In this document: piece after piece, positions 1 through 8,810 of the stretch
Position numbering within the stretch: position 1 is the first letter of the stretch
Layout of the letters: every line of letters starts with the position of its first letter
Program-made: the position numbers and the translations under genes
From: Gemmatimonadales bacterium
Lineage (GTDB): Bacteria; Gemmatimonadota; Gemmatimonadetes; Gemmatimonadales; GWC2-71-9
DNA length: 25,066 bases
Reading direction: 5' to 3'
NCBI GenBank assembly: GCA_035286985.1
Contig: DATECI010000064.1
Span: 1-25,066 of the forward strand
The notes under the pieces: generated by a model
The model's input: the letters and a program-made list of their open reading frames with translations, nothing else
Told to the model about the DNA's origin: nothing
The model's database searches: none

Positions 1-1021
<1,021 letters not shown>

Positions 1022-1032
1022 GGGCAGGGGCC

Positions 1033-1060
1033 AGGGAGCTAGGGAGCAAGGGAGCTGGGA
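1033..1060. repeat. Tandem octamer repeat AGGGAGC(T/A) x3, immediately upstream of the acs start codon
   Basis: AGGGAGCT (1033-1040), AGGGAGCA (1041-1048), AGGGAGCT (1049-1056), then GGGA. The same unit recurs at 16710-16733. Confidence 0.75.
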
Positions 1061-1244
1061 TCGCCGCTCTAATGAATACTGCAATCGGGCCCAGGCAAGG
1101 GATGGATCTTGCGCTTGCAGATCCCCACGACCTGTCGCGGACTGCGGTGTGCGCCCCTCTCTAAGGTCCATAACGCCAAGCAGATAAGTGATTTGGCGGG
1201 AGTAAGTTGATGGGCGTGGCACCGGACTCGCCTTCGCTTCCATC

Positions 1245-1550
1245 ATGTCGATGTCGGCCGCGCGATCCATTATCGCGCCCAACGAGCTTGGGCTGGACAC
1301 CCGAGCGTCCTTCCGTGAGGCGGCGTTCGCCGAGCTGTCGGCGCTGGCCGACGGGGGCGTGCTCAAGGTCGATCTGGGAAGCACCCGGCGGGTGGACTCG
1401 GCCGGTCTGTCCGCTCTGATGCTGATCCAGCGGCGCGCCGCGGATCGGCAGCAACGAGTCGTGCTCAAGGATCCCAGCGAGGAGTTCCGGTATTTGCTGG
1501 CCCTTACCGAGATGGCCGATCTCTTCGAACTGGAACGAAAGCCGGCCTAG
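1245..1550 (+). CDS. STAS-domain protein (anti-sigma factor antagonist, SpoIIAA/RsbV-like)
   Basis: 101 aa with [26 protein letters not shown]...[23 protein letters not shown]. The D-S-A-G motif carrying the conserved serine and the overall length fit STAS. The start could instead be Met at 1251. Confidence 0.85.
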   Translation: MSMSAARSIIAPNELGLDTRASFREAAFAELSALADGGVLKVDLGSTRRVDSAGLSALMLIQRRAADRQQRVVLKDPSEEFRYLLALTEMADLFELERKPA

Positions 1551-1564
1551 CGGTCGTCTCGCCG

Positions 1565-1570
1565 TATATT
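1565..1570 (+). promoter_or_regulatory. Putative -10 hexamer (TATATT) for a leaderless ccmA transcript
   Basis: AT-rich TATATT in a very GC-rich context, 7 nt upstream of the GTG at 1578. No Shine-Dalgarno sequence is present. Inferred from position only. Confidence 0.45.
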
Positions 1571-2293
1571 GTGGCCCGTGACCGAGCCACCCCCGGCCCC
1601 AATACTGGAAGCCCGAAACCTCGAGCGTCACTTGGGGCGGCTCGGGCATTGCGGGGGGTTTCTCTCACGGTGGCGGCGGGGGAGTGCCACTTGGTGGTGG
1701 GTCCGAATGGGGCGGGGAAGAGCACCCTGCTCCGGGTAGTCGCCGGACTGGCCCGGCCCAGTGCCGGCACCGTTCTGATCGGAGGCGTACCCCTCGTCCG
1801 GGACCCGGGGGCCCGGAGGAGCATCGGGCTCCTCTCGCACCAGAGCCATCTCTACAGCGATCTCACCGCGATAGAGAACCTTGCCTTTACGGCCCGGCTC
1901 TACGGGATCCCGGATCCACCGGCTGCCGCCCGCGCCGGGCTTCGCGCGGTCGGCTTGGCGGAGCGGGGCGATGAGCCGGTGCGTCGGCTTTCCCGCGGGA
2001 TGATCCAGCGAGTCGCGATCGCGCGCTCCCTTCTGCACAGTCCCAGGTTGCTGCTGCTCGACGAACCCTTCACCGGCCTCGACCCCCGATCCAGCGAACA
2101 GGTGGCCGGGCTCCTGGGTCGGGAACGGGAGCAGGGCCGCGCGTTGGTGCTGGTGAGTCATGACGTCCACGAGTCCTGGGACCTCGCCACCCACGTGCAT
2201 CTGCTGGTGCGAGGCATCTGGGCTTCGAGCGGATCCCGGGAGGAAACGCTGGACCAGTTCCTCCGGCGTTATCGCGAGGTGCTCCATGGGTGA
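1571..2293 (+). CDS. ccmA: Heme exporter ABC ATP-binding protein CcmA; probable true start is GTG 1578, with a 1-nt frameshift near 1632-1637
   Basis: Walker A GPNGAGKS, signature-like LSRGMIQR, Walker B LLLLDEP, H-loop VSHD, and position directly upstream of ccmB/ccmC. The first 20 aa from 1571 look non-native. The frame from 1578 gives [18 protein letters not shown], which joins [13 protein letters not shown] if one base is added. Confidence 0.9.
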   Translation: MARDRATPGPNTGSPKPRASLGAARALRGVSLTVAAGECHLVVGPNGAGKSTLLRVVAGLARPSAGTVLIGGVPLVRDPGARRSIGLLSHQSHLYSDLTAIENLAFTARLYGIPDPPAAARAGLRAVGLAERGDEPVRRLSRGMIQRVAIARSLLHSPRLLLLDEPFTGLDPRSSEQVAGLLGREREQGRALVLVSHDVHESWDLATHVHLLVRGIWASSGSREETLDQFLRRYREVLHG

Positions 2294-2966
2294 GTTCCTC
2301 AGGGGGGCGCTCGCGGTGGCGGCCAAGGACATCCGGGTCGAACACCGGAGCAAGACCGGGCTCGTCTCCGCGATCGCCTTCGCTGCCTTGGTCCTGGTGA
2401 TCTTCAACTTTGCCCGGGATGCGGCGGCGGTGTCGCGGGAGGTGCTGGCCCCGAGCGTGCTCTGGATCACCTTCGCGTTCTCGGGCGTCATCGCGCTCAA
2501 CCGGTCGTTCGCCCTGGAGCGGGAGAACGCGGCGCTCGACGGACTCCTGCTCGCGCCGGTGTCCCGGAGCGCCCTCTTTCTGGGGAAGTACCTCGCCAAC
2601 CTGGCGTTCGTCTTCACCGTCGAGGCCGTGACGCTGCCGTTGTTCGTGCTCTTTTTCGGGGTAGACCTGGGCGGGGCCTTGATCGGGATCGGGGCGACGG
2701 CGGTGCTGGCCACCACGGGCTTCGTGGCGGTCGGGACGGTCTTCGCGGCGATGACCGTGCGCACCCGATTCGCGGAACTGATGATGCCCCTGCTGGTTCT
2801 CCCCTTCATGCTCCCGCCGGTCATGTGGGGGGTGCAGGCGACGGCGCGGTTGCTTGCAGGGCGCCCCCTGGGTGAAATTGGCGGCTGGCTCCGCATCCTG
2901 GGGCTGTATGATCTGGTCTTTGTGACGGTGTGCCTCCTCCTCTTTCCGGCGCTGATGGATGAATGA
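2286..2966 (+). CDS. ccmB: Heme exporter permease CcmB
   Basis: From ATG 2286 (8-nt overlap with ccmA): [23 protein letters not shown]...SFALERENAALDGLLLAPVSRSALFLGK...LMMPLLVLPFMLP. Multi-TM protein with the CcmB-typical KDxRxExR and ERExGxLxxLLLxP-like segments. Confidence 0.92.
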   Translation: MGEFLRGALAVAAKDIRVEHRSKTGLVSAIAFAALVLVIFNFARDAAAVSREVLAPSVLWITFAFSGVIALNRSFALERENAALDGLLLAPVSRSALFLGKYLANLAFVFTVEAVTLPLFVLFFGVDLGGALIGIGATAVLATTGFVAVGTVFAAMTVRTRFAELMMPLLVLPFMLPPVMWGVQATARLLAGRPLGEIGGWLRILGLYDLVFVTVCLLLFPALMDE

Positions 2967-3661
2967 CTTCTGAAACGGTTGGCGGGCACAAGGTGATCCG
3001 GCGCGGCCTGGTCGTTACCGGGCTGGGATTGCTGGGCCTGGCGTTGGTGTACGTCCTTGCCCTGCAATTCACCCCGGTGGAACGGCTTCAGGGATTGCCG
3101 CAGAAGATCTTCTACGTGCACGTGCCCGCCGCCTGGAGCGCGCTCCTGGCGTTCTCGCTGGTCGGGATCGCCAGCATCCTCTATCTCTGGCTTCGGGATC
3201 CGCGGCTGGATCTCTTCGCCGAATCCGCTGCGGAAGCGGGGCTGGTCTTCAGCCTGGTCATGCTCACCACCGGACCGCTCTGGGGAAAGCCGGTCTGGGG
3301 TACCTGGTGGACCTGGGATGCCCGCTTGACCTTTACCCTGATCCTGTTCTTCTTGTTCCTGGGCTACCGGGCGCTCCGCGGAGCCGTCTCGGATCCGGGG
3401 GAGCGGGCCCGGTTCGCGGCGGTGGTCGGGATCATGGGCCTGGTGTTGGTCCCCTTCGTGCACCTCACCGTGTATCTGTTCCGAACCCTGCATCCGCAGC
3501 CGATCGTGCTCAAGCCCAGCGAGCCGTCCTTACCCTGGGAAATGCTCCGAACCCTGTTCGCTTCGCTGGCGGTTCATACGATTCTGCTGACCGGGTTCGT
3601 GATGACCCGCTACGGTCTCGGCAAGCGGGCCCAACTCGCCGGAGGCGACGATGCCGGTTGA
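2963..3661 (+). CDS. ccmC: Heme chaperone/exporter CcmC (cytochrome c biogenesis System I)
   Basis: IFYVHVPAAW (His), WWD-domain motif GPLWGKPVWGTWWTWDARLT, and a second His in VPFVHLTVYLFRTLHP. ATGA overlap with ccmB. Confidence 0.95.
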   Translation: MTSETVGGHKVIRRGLVVTGLGLLGLALVYVLALQFTPVERLQGLPQKIFYVHVPAAWSALLAFSLVGIASILYLWLRDPRLDLFAESAAEAGLVFSLVMLTTGPLWGKPVWGTWWTWDARLTFTLILFFLFLGYRALRGAVSDPGERARFAAVVGIMGLVLVPFVHLTVYLFRTLHPQPIVLKPSEPSLPWEMLRTLFASLAVHTILLTGFVMTRYGLGKRAQLAGGDDAG

Positions 3662-3764
3662 CCCCACCGCGAATGCGGGCTACCTGGTGGCGGCGTACGT
3701 GGTGACGGCCATGATCCTCGGAGCGTACGCGCTGACCTTGTGGCGCAAGAGCCGTGAACGGTGA
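3651..3764 (+). CDS. ccmD: Small single-TM protein, heme exporter CcmD-like (37 aa; below the ORF-track cutoff)
   Basis: GGAGG at 3641-3645 and ATG at 3651, overlapping the ccmC stop. MPVDPTANAGYLVAAYVVTAMILGAYALTLWRKSRER* has the YxxAAY motif, one hydrophobic helix and a basic tail, in the position directly after ccmC expected for CcmD. Confidence 0.8.
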   Translation: MPVDPTANAGYLVAAYVVTAMILGAYALTLWRKSRER

Positions 3765-3836
3765 ACCGTGAACGGCAACAGCCGAGAGGCGTAGCCCGAG
3801 AGCGACCGTTCACGGTTCACGGTACACCGTTCACGG
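3752..3836. repeat. Inverted tandem-heptamer element, copy A (GTGAAC variant), between convergent ccmD and fabF-like genes
   Basis: Left arm GTGAACG-GTGAACC-GTGAACG (3754-3774). Right arm CGTTCAC-GGTTCAC-GGTACAC-CGTTCAC (3807-3834) is the reverse complement of the unit. Both stop codons (3762-3764 and 3817-3819) lie inside the arms. Confidence 0.85.
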
Positions 3837-5067
3837 TCTTGAAGAGCAGCGCCGCGTTGATCCCGCCGAACCCGAACGAATTGCTCATCAGGTATTCCGG
3901 CTCGACTGCTTCTCCCTCGCCCCGGACATAGTCGAACTCGCACGCCGGATCCGGCTGGTGGAGGTTCACGCTGGGCGGCAGCCAGCCCCGCCGGCTGACG
4001 AGGGCACAGATGGCGGCCTCGATGGCCCCGCTCGCGCCCAGCGGATGCCCATAGTATCCCTTGGTGCCGCTGATCCTAACCCGCTCTGCAAAACGGCCCA
4101 TCACAGTCCGGATGGCGAGGGCCTCGACCGGATCGTTGAGCGGGGTCGAGGAGCCATGGGCGTTCACGTAGCCCACCGCCTCGGGGGGCACCCCGGCCGA
4201 GTCGAGCGCCGTTTGCATGGCGCGGGAAGCCTGCCGGCCGTCCGGGCGGGGCGCCGTCATGTGATGGGCGTCGTTGGTGAGCCCGTAGCCCACGACCTCG
4301 GCATAAATGGGGGCGCCCCGAGCCCGGGCTCGCTCCCGCTCCTCCAGCACCAGGACGGCGGCCCCTTCGGCCATGACGAAGCCGTCCCGATCGCGGTCAA
4401 AGGGACGGCTGGCAGTGGGCGGGTCCTGGTTGCGAGTGGACATGGCGCGGATGATGGCAAACGCCCCGTAGCTCAGCGGAGAAAGGGGCGCCTCCGAACC
4501 GCCTGCGAGCATCAGGTCGGCTTCGCCTCGCCGGATGGTGCGGTACGCCTCGCCGATGGCGATCGCCCCCGAAGCGCAGCTCATTCCGTTGGTGATGTTG
4601 GGCCCGGAAATCCCCAGCTCGATGGCGAGGTTACAGCTCGATGCCCCGACGAACACGGTCAAGGCAAGTCCGGGCTCGACCGCTCGCAACCCGCCGCTCA
4701 GGAACTTCCCATGCTCCTGTTCGGCGAAGGAGACCCCCCCGAGCGCGGTGCCCATCATGGCACCAATCCGCTCGGGATCTTCCTTTTCGAGCTCGATGCC
4801 GGCATCGGAGAGGGCGAGCCGGGCCGCGCCCAGGGAGAACAGCGAGCAGCGGTCGAGCCGCTTGGCTCGGCGGGGGTCTACCCACTGGTTCGGATCGAAG
4901 CCGTCCACCTCGGCCGCGACCTGACTTCGGAAGGGGCTGGGGTCGAAACGAGTCACCCGGCGCACCGCGGATCGGGCGGCTCGGAGCCCGCGCCAGAAGG
5001 CGTCCACGCCGATGCCAATCGGGGTCACCGGTCCGATTCCGGTGATGGCCACGCGCCGATCAGCCAT
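3817..5067 (-). CDS. fabF: Beta-ketoacyl-ACP synthase II (FabF/KAS-II-like paralogue), stand-alone ketosynthase
   Basis: Likely start MADRRVAITGIG at ATG 5067 (8-nt overlap with the SRPBCC stop). The Cys-His-His triad is intact (MSCASG, NAHGSST, KGYYGHPLGASG). SRPFDRDRDGFVMAEG and the C-terminal SNSFGFGGINAAL are also present. Confidence 0.9.
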   Translation of the reverse strand: MADRRVAITGIGPVTPIGIGVDAFWRGLRAARSAVRRVTRFDPSPFRSQVAAEVDGFDPNQWVDPRRAKRLDRCSLFSLGAARLALSDAGIELEKEDPERIGAMMGTALGGVSFAEQEHGKFLSGGLRAVEPGLALTVFVGASSCNLAIELGISGPNITNGMSCASGAIAIGEAYRTIRRGEADLMLAGGSEAPLSPLSYGAFAIIRAMSTRNQDPPTASRPFDRDRDGFVMAEGAAVLVLEERERARARGAPIYAEVVGYGLTNDAHHMTAPRPDGRQASRAMQTALDSAGVPPEAVGYVNAHGSSTPLNDPVEALAIRTVMGRFAERVRISGTKGYYGHPLGASGAIEAAICALVSRRGWLPPSVNLHQPDPACEFDYVRGEGEAVEPEYLMSNSFGFGGINAALLFKTVNGVP

Positions 5068-5524
5068 CGGTCCGCTCGGCCGCGCGTCCGATCCCGGTGA
5101 GGGTGCGAGAGGCAATGCCTCGCACGAAGACCGGGCCGATCACCCACTGAGCCGCGGGCCGCCGGATGACCGGCCAGGCCGGTCCCTCCCATCGGTGAAT
5201 GATGGTGGCCCGGGTGCCGCTTCCTTCCGGCACAACACTCCAGAGGACATCCATGCCGGTGGTAACGCCACGGACGTGGTGATACCGGACCTCGAGCCGA
5301 TCGCGCCGGATCCACATCTCCGACATCCACCAGGTTGGCCACCGGAGCGGGCCGAACGGGCGCCACGCCGCCATCTCGACGATTCCGCTCTCGTCGGCTC
5401 TCCGTTCATGGAGTCGCACCCAGCGATAGTGGGGAAGGATGCAAGGCCAGCGCTCCACGTCTGCCGCGTGCCGGAAGACCCGGTCCGGCGGCGCCGCGAT
5501 CCAGAGCGTGTCCACGGTGTGCAT
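5060..5524 (-). CDS. SRPBCC/START-like protein (polyketide cyclase/aromatase or Coq10-like lipid-binding)
   Basis: From ATG 5524 (TGATG overlap with the methyltransferase stop): MHTVDTLWIAAPPDRVFRHAADVERWPCILPHYRWV...GMDVLWSVVPEGSGTRATIIH. The N-terminal IxAPPxxVFxxxxDxExWP pattern and the 154-aa length are typical of SRPBCC proteins. Confidence 0.82.
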   Translation of the reverse strand: MHTVDTLWIAAPPDRVFRHAADVERWPCILPHYRWVRLHERRADESGIVEMAAWRPFGPLRWPTWWMSEMWIRRDRLEVRYHHVRGVTTGMDVLWSVVPEGSGTRATIIHRWEGPAWPVIRRPAAQWVIGPVFVRGIASRTLTGIGRAAERTDG

Positions 5525-6234
5525 CAGGACGGTCCGACCGTCGGTCCGACGTAGCCCACTGCTACGAGGCGAGCCCCCGGCCGCCGGGCCACCTGGGCGG
5601 GGAGCCCGGCCTGCAGCAATAACGCTTCCAGTGTCCTGGGGGTGAACCCGCGGCGGAGCGACGTGATGCCGTCCTGTACGGTGTGGCGGTCGAACCGAAG
5701 CAACCGTCCCGCGACCGGGAAAGCCAAGGCCGCAAGCGGGGACCGGCGCAAATCGGCCACGATCACGGCCTTCCGGGCCACCCGGGCGCATTCCTGCAGC
5801 AACCGGACAATGGCCTGAGGGGCAAAGTGATGGGCAACCTGACTGAGCAGGACCAGGTCCACGGTTCGGTTGCCGAAGGGGAGGGCCGCCGCATCGCCCC
5901 GGACGGCGGGCAACCCTGCGTCACGGGCTGCCCGGGCCGCGGCGGCATGATGCTCGAGGCCAATCGGGCGGAGCACGATGCCTCGCCGCGCGGCCCAGCG
6001 GACCGCCATGCGAGGCAGATCGCCCAGACCGGTTCCGACATCGAGTAAAGTCACGACCCCAGAACTTCCCGGGCCCGCGATCGCCCGCCCAAGTCCGTAT
6101 CGGACCGCGGCCGCTCCCCCGAACCACCAGTTGGCCCGGGCGATATTCCGGAGCGATTCGCGCACCAGCTCGGGAGCGGCCTTGGAATCATCGAGCAGCT
6201 CGACCCCGTAGGCGGCGGCTTCCAGCTCGCTCAT
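5524..6234 (-). CDS. Class I SAM-dependent methyltransferase
   Basis: Motif I LLDVGTGLGD, post-motif VRGDAAALPF, and VDLVLLSQVAHHF. The N-terminal ELLDD...LRNIARANWWFGG resembles, from memory, methyltransferases found beside bacterial type III PKS genes. Confidence 0.88.
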   Translation of the reverse strand: MSELEAAAYGVELLDDSKAAPELVRESLRNIARANWWFGGAAAVRYGLGRAIAGPGSSGVVTLLDVGTGLGDLPRMAVRWAARRGIVLRPIGLEHHAAAARAARDAGLPAVRGDAAALPFGNRTVDLVLLSQVAHHFAPQAIVRLLQECARVARKAVIVADLRRSPLAALAFPVAGRLLRFDRHTVQDGITSLRRGFTPRTLEALLLQAGLPAQVARRPGARLVAVGYVGPTVGPS

Positions 6235-6725
6235 ATGGTTCCGGGCGTCACGTATCCGCCGCGGTAGTAGAGCAACGGACGCCCGCCCCCCGGCGCGACG
6301 GTACCGCCGATGACCCGGCCTACGAACACCGTGTGGTCACCGGCCTCGAACCGCGCCTGAGGTACGCAATGGATCGTGGCGATCACCCCGTCCAGGAGAA
6401 TGAAGCCGCGGTGATCTACCTGGTAGCCGACCCCATCGAATCGCTGGCCGGCGCTATCCGCGAAGCGGCGGGAGAGCGTTTCCTGATGGCTTTCCAGCAC
6501 ATTGAATACGTAACTCTCGGACTGGAGCATGACGGAATGCATGTCCGAGGCGTGGTCCACGTTGATGGACACGAGCGGCGGAATCAGGGAGACCGAAGTG
6601 AAGCTGTTGGCCGTCATGCCGGCCGGGGAACCGTCGGGCGCGGCGGCCGTGATGATGACCACCCCGGTGGCGAAATGGCCGCACAGCTGGCGGAACTGAG
6701 CCGGGTCCGCATCGTGATACTGCAT
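6231..6725 (-). CDS. Flavin reductase family protein (HpaC/NtaB-like)
   Basis: From ATG 6725: FRQLCGHFATGVVIIT...GMTANSFTSVSLIPPLVSI...EAGDHTVFVGRV...PLLYYRGGY, the textbook Flavin_Reduct motifs. 164 aa. Confidence 0.93.
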   Translation of the reverse strand: MQYHDADPAQFRQLCGHFATGVVIITAAAPDGSPAGMTANSFTSVSLIPPLVSINVDHASDMHSVMLQSESYVFNVLESHQETLSRRFADSAGQRFDGVGYQVDHRGFILLDGVIATIHCVPQARFEAGDHTVFVGRVIGGTVAPGGGRPLLYYRGGYVTPGTI

Positions 6726-8002
6726 CAGAGCATCACCTGGGAGAGGAAGATTGGATTGAGAACGGCGCGGGCCGGCAGGAAGTCGCCGGTGACACCGATG
6801 AGGGTATGGCTCAGGCCCCGGCGCTCGAGCCGTTCTACCGCGCGGTCGAACAGGGACGGCGCGAGCATGGCATAGCCGATGAGCCGCTCGACGATCCATT
6901 TGCCAAGGAAGGCCCGCCGGCGGGCGACCACATAGTCTCGCAAGGCAGAGCGGTGAAGGGGCTCACCCGACCGCAGCGGATCGAGCAGCGTCTGTTCGAT
7001 GAGCTGGGCCCCGCGCAGCGCGGCGCAAATGCCCTCCCCCGTAAACGGATCGAAGAAATCCGCCGCGTCGCCGACCAGCACGGCACCGGCCGTGATCACC
7101 GGGCTGGTGCGGACGGCAAAGGGGCCGGTAACCAGCACCGGTCGCACGATGGCTCGAGGCCCAATCCGGCCCCGCACCCCGGGGAACCGCGCCAGCTTCT
7201 CGAGAAAGAATCGATCGAGGGGGAGGCTGGGGCCTCTGGCGGCGGCTCTCCCGGCCTGATCCGGGTTCGCTCCCGACGGGATCTGGGCCTTGGGCAGAAC
7301 GAGGGCCACATTGGCCAATCCACCGCCCAGCGGATTGAGGCCCACATAGCCTTCTCGGGTCACGTGCATTTCGGCGGTGTCGTCGAGACCGGGAACGTCC
7401 GTGACGTGCGCTACGAGAGCGTAACGGCGGAGGAATCCGGTGTGACGGACCCCGATCGTCCGGGCCACCCGGGAATGGAGCCCGTCGGCGCCGATGGTGA
7501 GACGAGCGCGGAGCTCCCGGCTCGTCCCCGCTTCATCGCGCACCAGCAACCCGGAAACAGCCGCTCCGTCGCGCAGCACGGCTCGCACCGAGGTTTGCTC
7601 CCGAATCTCGGCCCCGGCCCGCCGCGCTGCAGCCACCAGGGTGTGGTCGAGAATGCGGCGCGAAACCGAGAGACCGGTCTCCCGAAAAGGCACCGGTGCG
7701 GCCCGGGCAAAGATCCCGGTTAAAGAGGACCCGCGCGGTGCGTGCACCGTGGTGCCCCGTATGGGATTGCCGCCCTGCCGCTCGACGTCCTGCAGCACAC
7801 CGAGCGCAGCGAGGTGGCGGACCCCTTCAGGACTCATGTACTCCGAGCAGGCCTTTTCCCTGGGGAAGGCAGCCCGGTCCACCGCGACCACTCGCAGCCC
7901 TGCTTGGGCAAGCCGTAGGGCCACTGCGGCTCCCGCTGGGCCGGCGCCCGCGATCACCACGTCGTAACGGGGGGTCGGGTGGTGGGGCGGTCGGGCGGTC
8001 AC
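6725..8002 (-). CDS. NAD(P)/FAD-dependent oxidoreductase, geranylgeranyl-reductase/FixC-like family
   Basis: Likely start GTG 8002 (GTGA overlap with the DUF92 stop). YDVVIAGAGPAG Rossmann motif, FPREKAC, TIGADG, and VLVGDAADFFDPFTGEGI. The track's 702-aa ORF is an artificial upstream extension through another frame of the DUF92 gene. Confidence 0.88.
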   Translation of the reverse strand: MTARPPHHPTPRYDVVIAGAGPAGAAVALRLAQAGLRVVAVDRAAFPREKACSEYMSPEGVRHLAALGVLQDVERQGGNPIRGTTVHAPRGSSLTGIFARAAPVPFRETGLSVSRRILDHTLVAAARRAGAEIREQTSVRAVLRDGAAVSGLLVRDEAGTSRELRARLTIGADGLHSRVARTIGVRHTGFLRRYALVAHVTDVPGLDDTAEMHVTREGYVGLNPLGGGLANVALVLPKAQIPSGANPDQAGRAAARGPSLPLDRFFLEKLARFPGVRGRIGPRAIVRPVLVTGPFAVRTSPVITAGAVLVGDAADFFDPFTGEGICAALRGAQLIEQTLLDPLRSGEPLHRSALRDYVVARRRAFLGKWIVERLIGYAMLAPSLFDRAVERLERRGLSHTLIGVTGDFLPARAVLNPIFLSQVML

Positions 8003-8769
8003 TGCAGCACCCACAGGATGGCTCCCGCGAGTGCCGCGACCGTGGTCGTCACCGCGTTGACTCCGTCGTTGTCGAGCCATCGCCATCCTCTCGCCAGGCG
8101 CGTGGGAGTGCCGCAGTGATGCCGGCGGCGCTCGCTCGAGACGAGGCAGGCCGGGCAGACGAATCGGGCCTGCGCGAACGCGCCCAGGGCCGAGTCGAAC
8201 AACATACCACCGAACCCGATTCCCAATCCTGCCCACAGGAGGGCTGGCTGGTGTAGGAGCGTTGCGGCGGTCCCGGCGACCACCGTCGCACCTGCCAGCC
8301 CGGCGACCGTTCCTGGCAGAGAGACGGCGCCCGAGGTGCCTCGAGGCACCCGCATACCGGTGCCAAGCAGGATCGGGTCCCGAGCGCTGATGCGCCCGAG
8401 CGACGTGGCCCAGGTGTCGGCCGAGGCGGCCGCCAGGGACGCCGCTGCGATCCAGAGGCCGAGCCCGGGTGCGATGAACTCGGCCAGGCCGCCGGCGGCG
8501 GCCGGAGCCCCGTTCGCGAGGACCTGTCGCGCGGAGCGGATTTCTTCCCGACCCTCGGCCCCGGTGAGCCGTCCGAGCCCCACTCGGCCCACCAGAGTGC
8601 TGGGGACGAAAAACGCGGCGAGGAGCGCCGCGCCAGGCCATCCGGCTCCGGCCAGCAGCAGACTTCCCACCGCGGCGGCAGCCAGCGCCCCGGTCCGAGT
8701 CAGGGCTTTGGCCCGCCATGCCGCGAGAGCCACGGCGATCGAAACGGCCACGGCCACGCCGGGCAGCAT
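7999..8769 (-). CDS. DUF92 (TMEM19/VTE6-family) integral membrane protein
   Basis: Very hydrophobic, with DUF92 motifs RSARQVLANG, AAASADTWATSLG, VPRGTSGAVSLPGT, DSALGA and LDNDGVN, plus a CxxC...HxC insert (FVCPAC...HHCGTPT). Confidence 0.85.
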   Translation of the reverse strand: MLPGVAVAVSIAVALAAWRAKALTRTGALAAAAVGSLLLAGAGWPGAALLAAFFVPSTLVGRVGLGRLTGAEGREEIRSARQVLANGAPAAAGGLAEFIAPGLGLWIAAASLAAASADTWATSLGRISARDPILLGTGMRVPRGTSGAVSLPGTVAGLAGATVVAGTAATLLHQPALLWAGLGIGFGGMLFDSALGAFAQARFVCPACLVSSERRRHHCGTPTRLARGWRWLDNDGVNAVTTTVAALAGAILWVLQ

Positions 8770-8810
8770 CGGGGCAATGTCTGGTGAAGGGGGAGGACCC
8801 GCAAGCGCCC

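Noticed and set aside
1628-3493. 621-aa minus-strand ORF
   Set aside because: Antisense to ccmABC, with no recognisable domain and a biased Arg/Pro/Gly composition.
3752-3836. Repeat-spacer-repeat structures as CRISPR arrays
   Set aside because: The units are 7 nt and the arms are inverted rather than direct 25-45 nt repeats with unique spacers; no cas genes are present.
3817-5524. Canonical aromatic type II PKS
   Set aside because: There is only one KS, with an intact catalytic triad; no chain-length factor or ACP is in the window. Kept only as an atypical candidate pathway.
6725-8002. Flavin-dependent halogenase
   Set aside because: It lacks the WxWxIP motif. FPREKAC and DPFTGEGI point to the GGR-like family instead.
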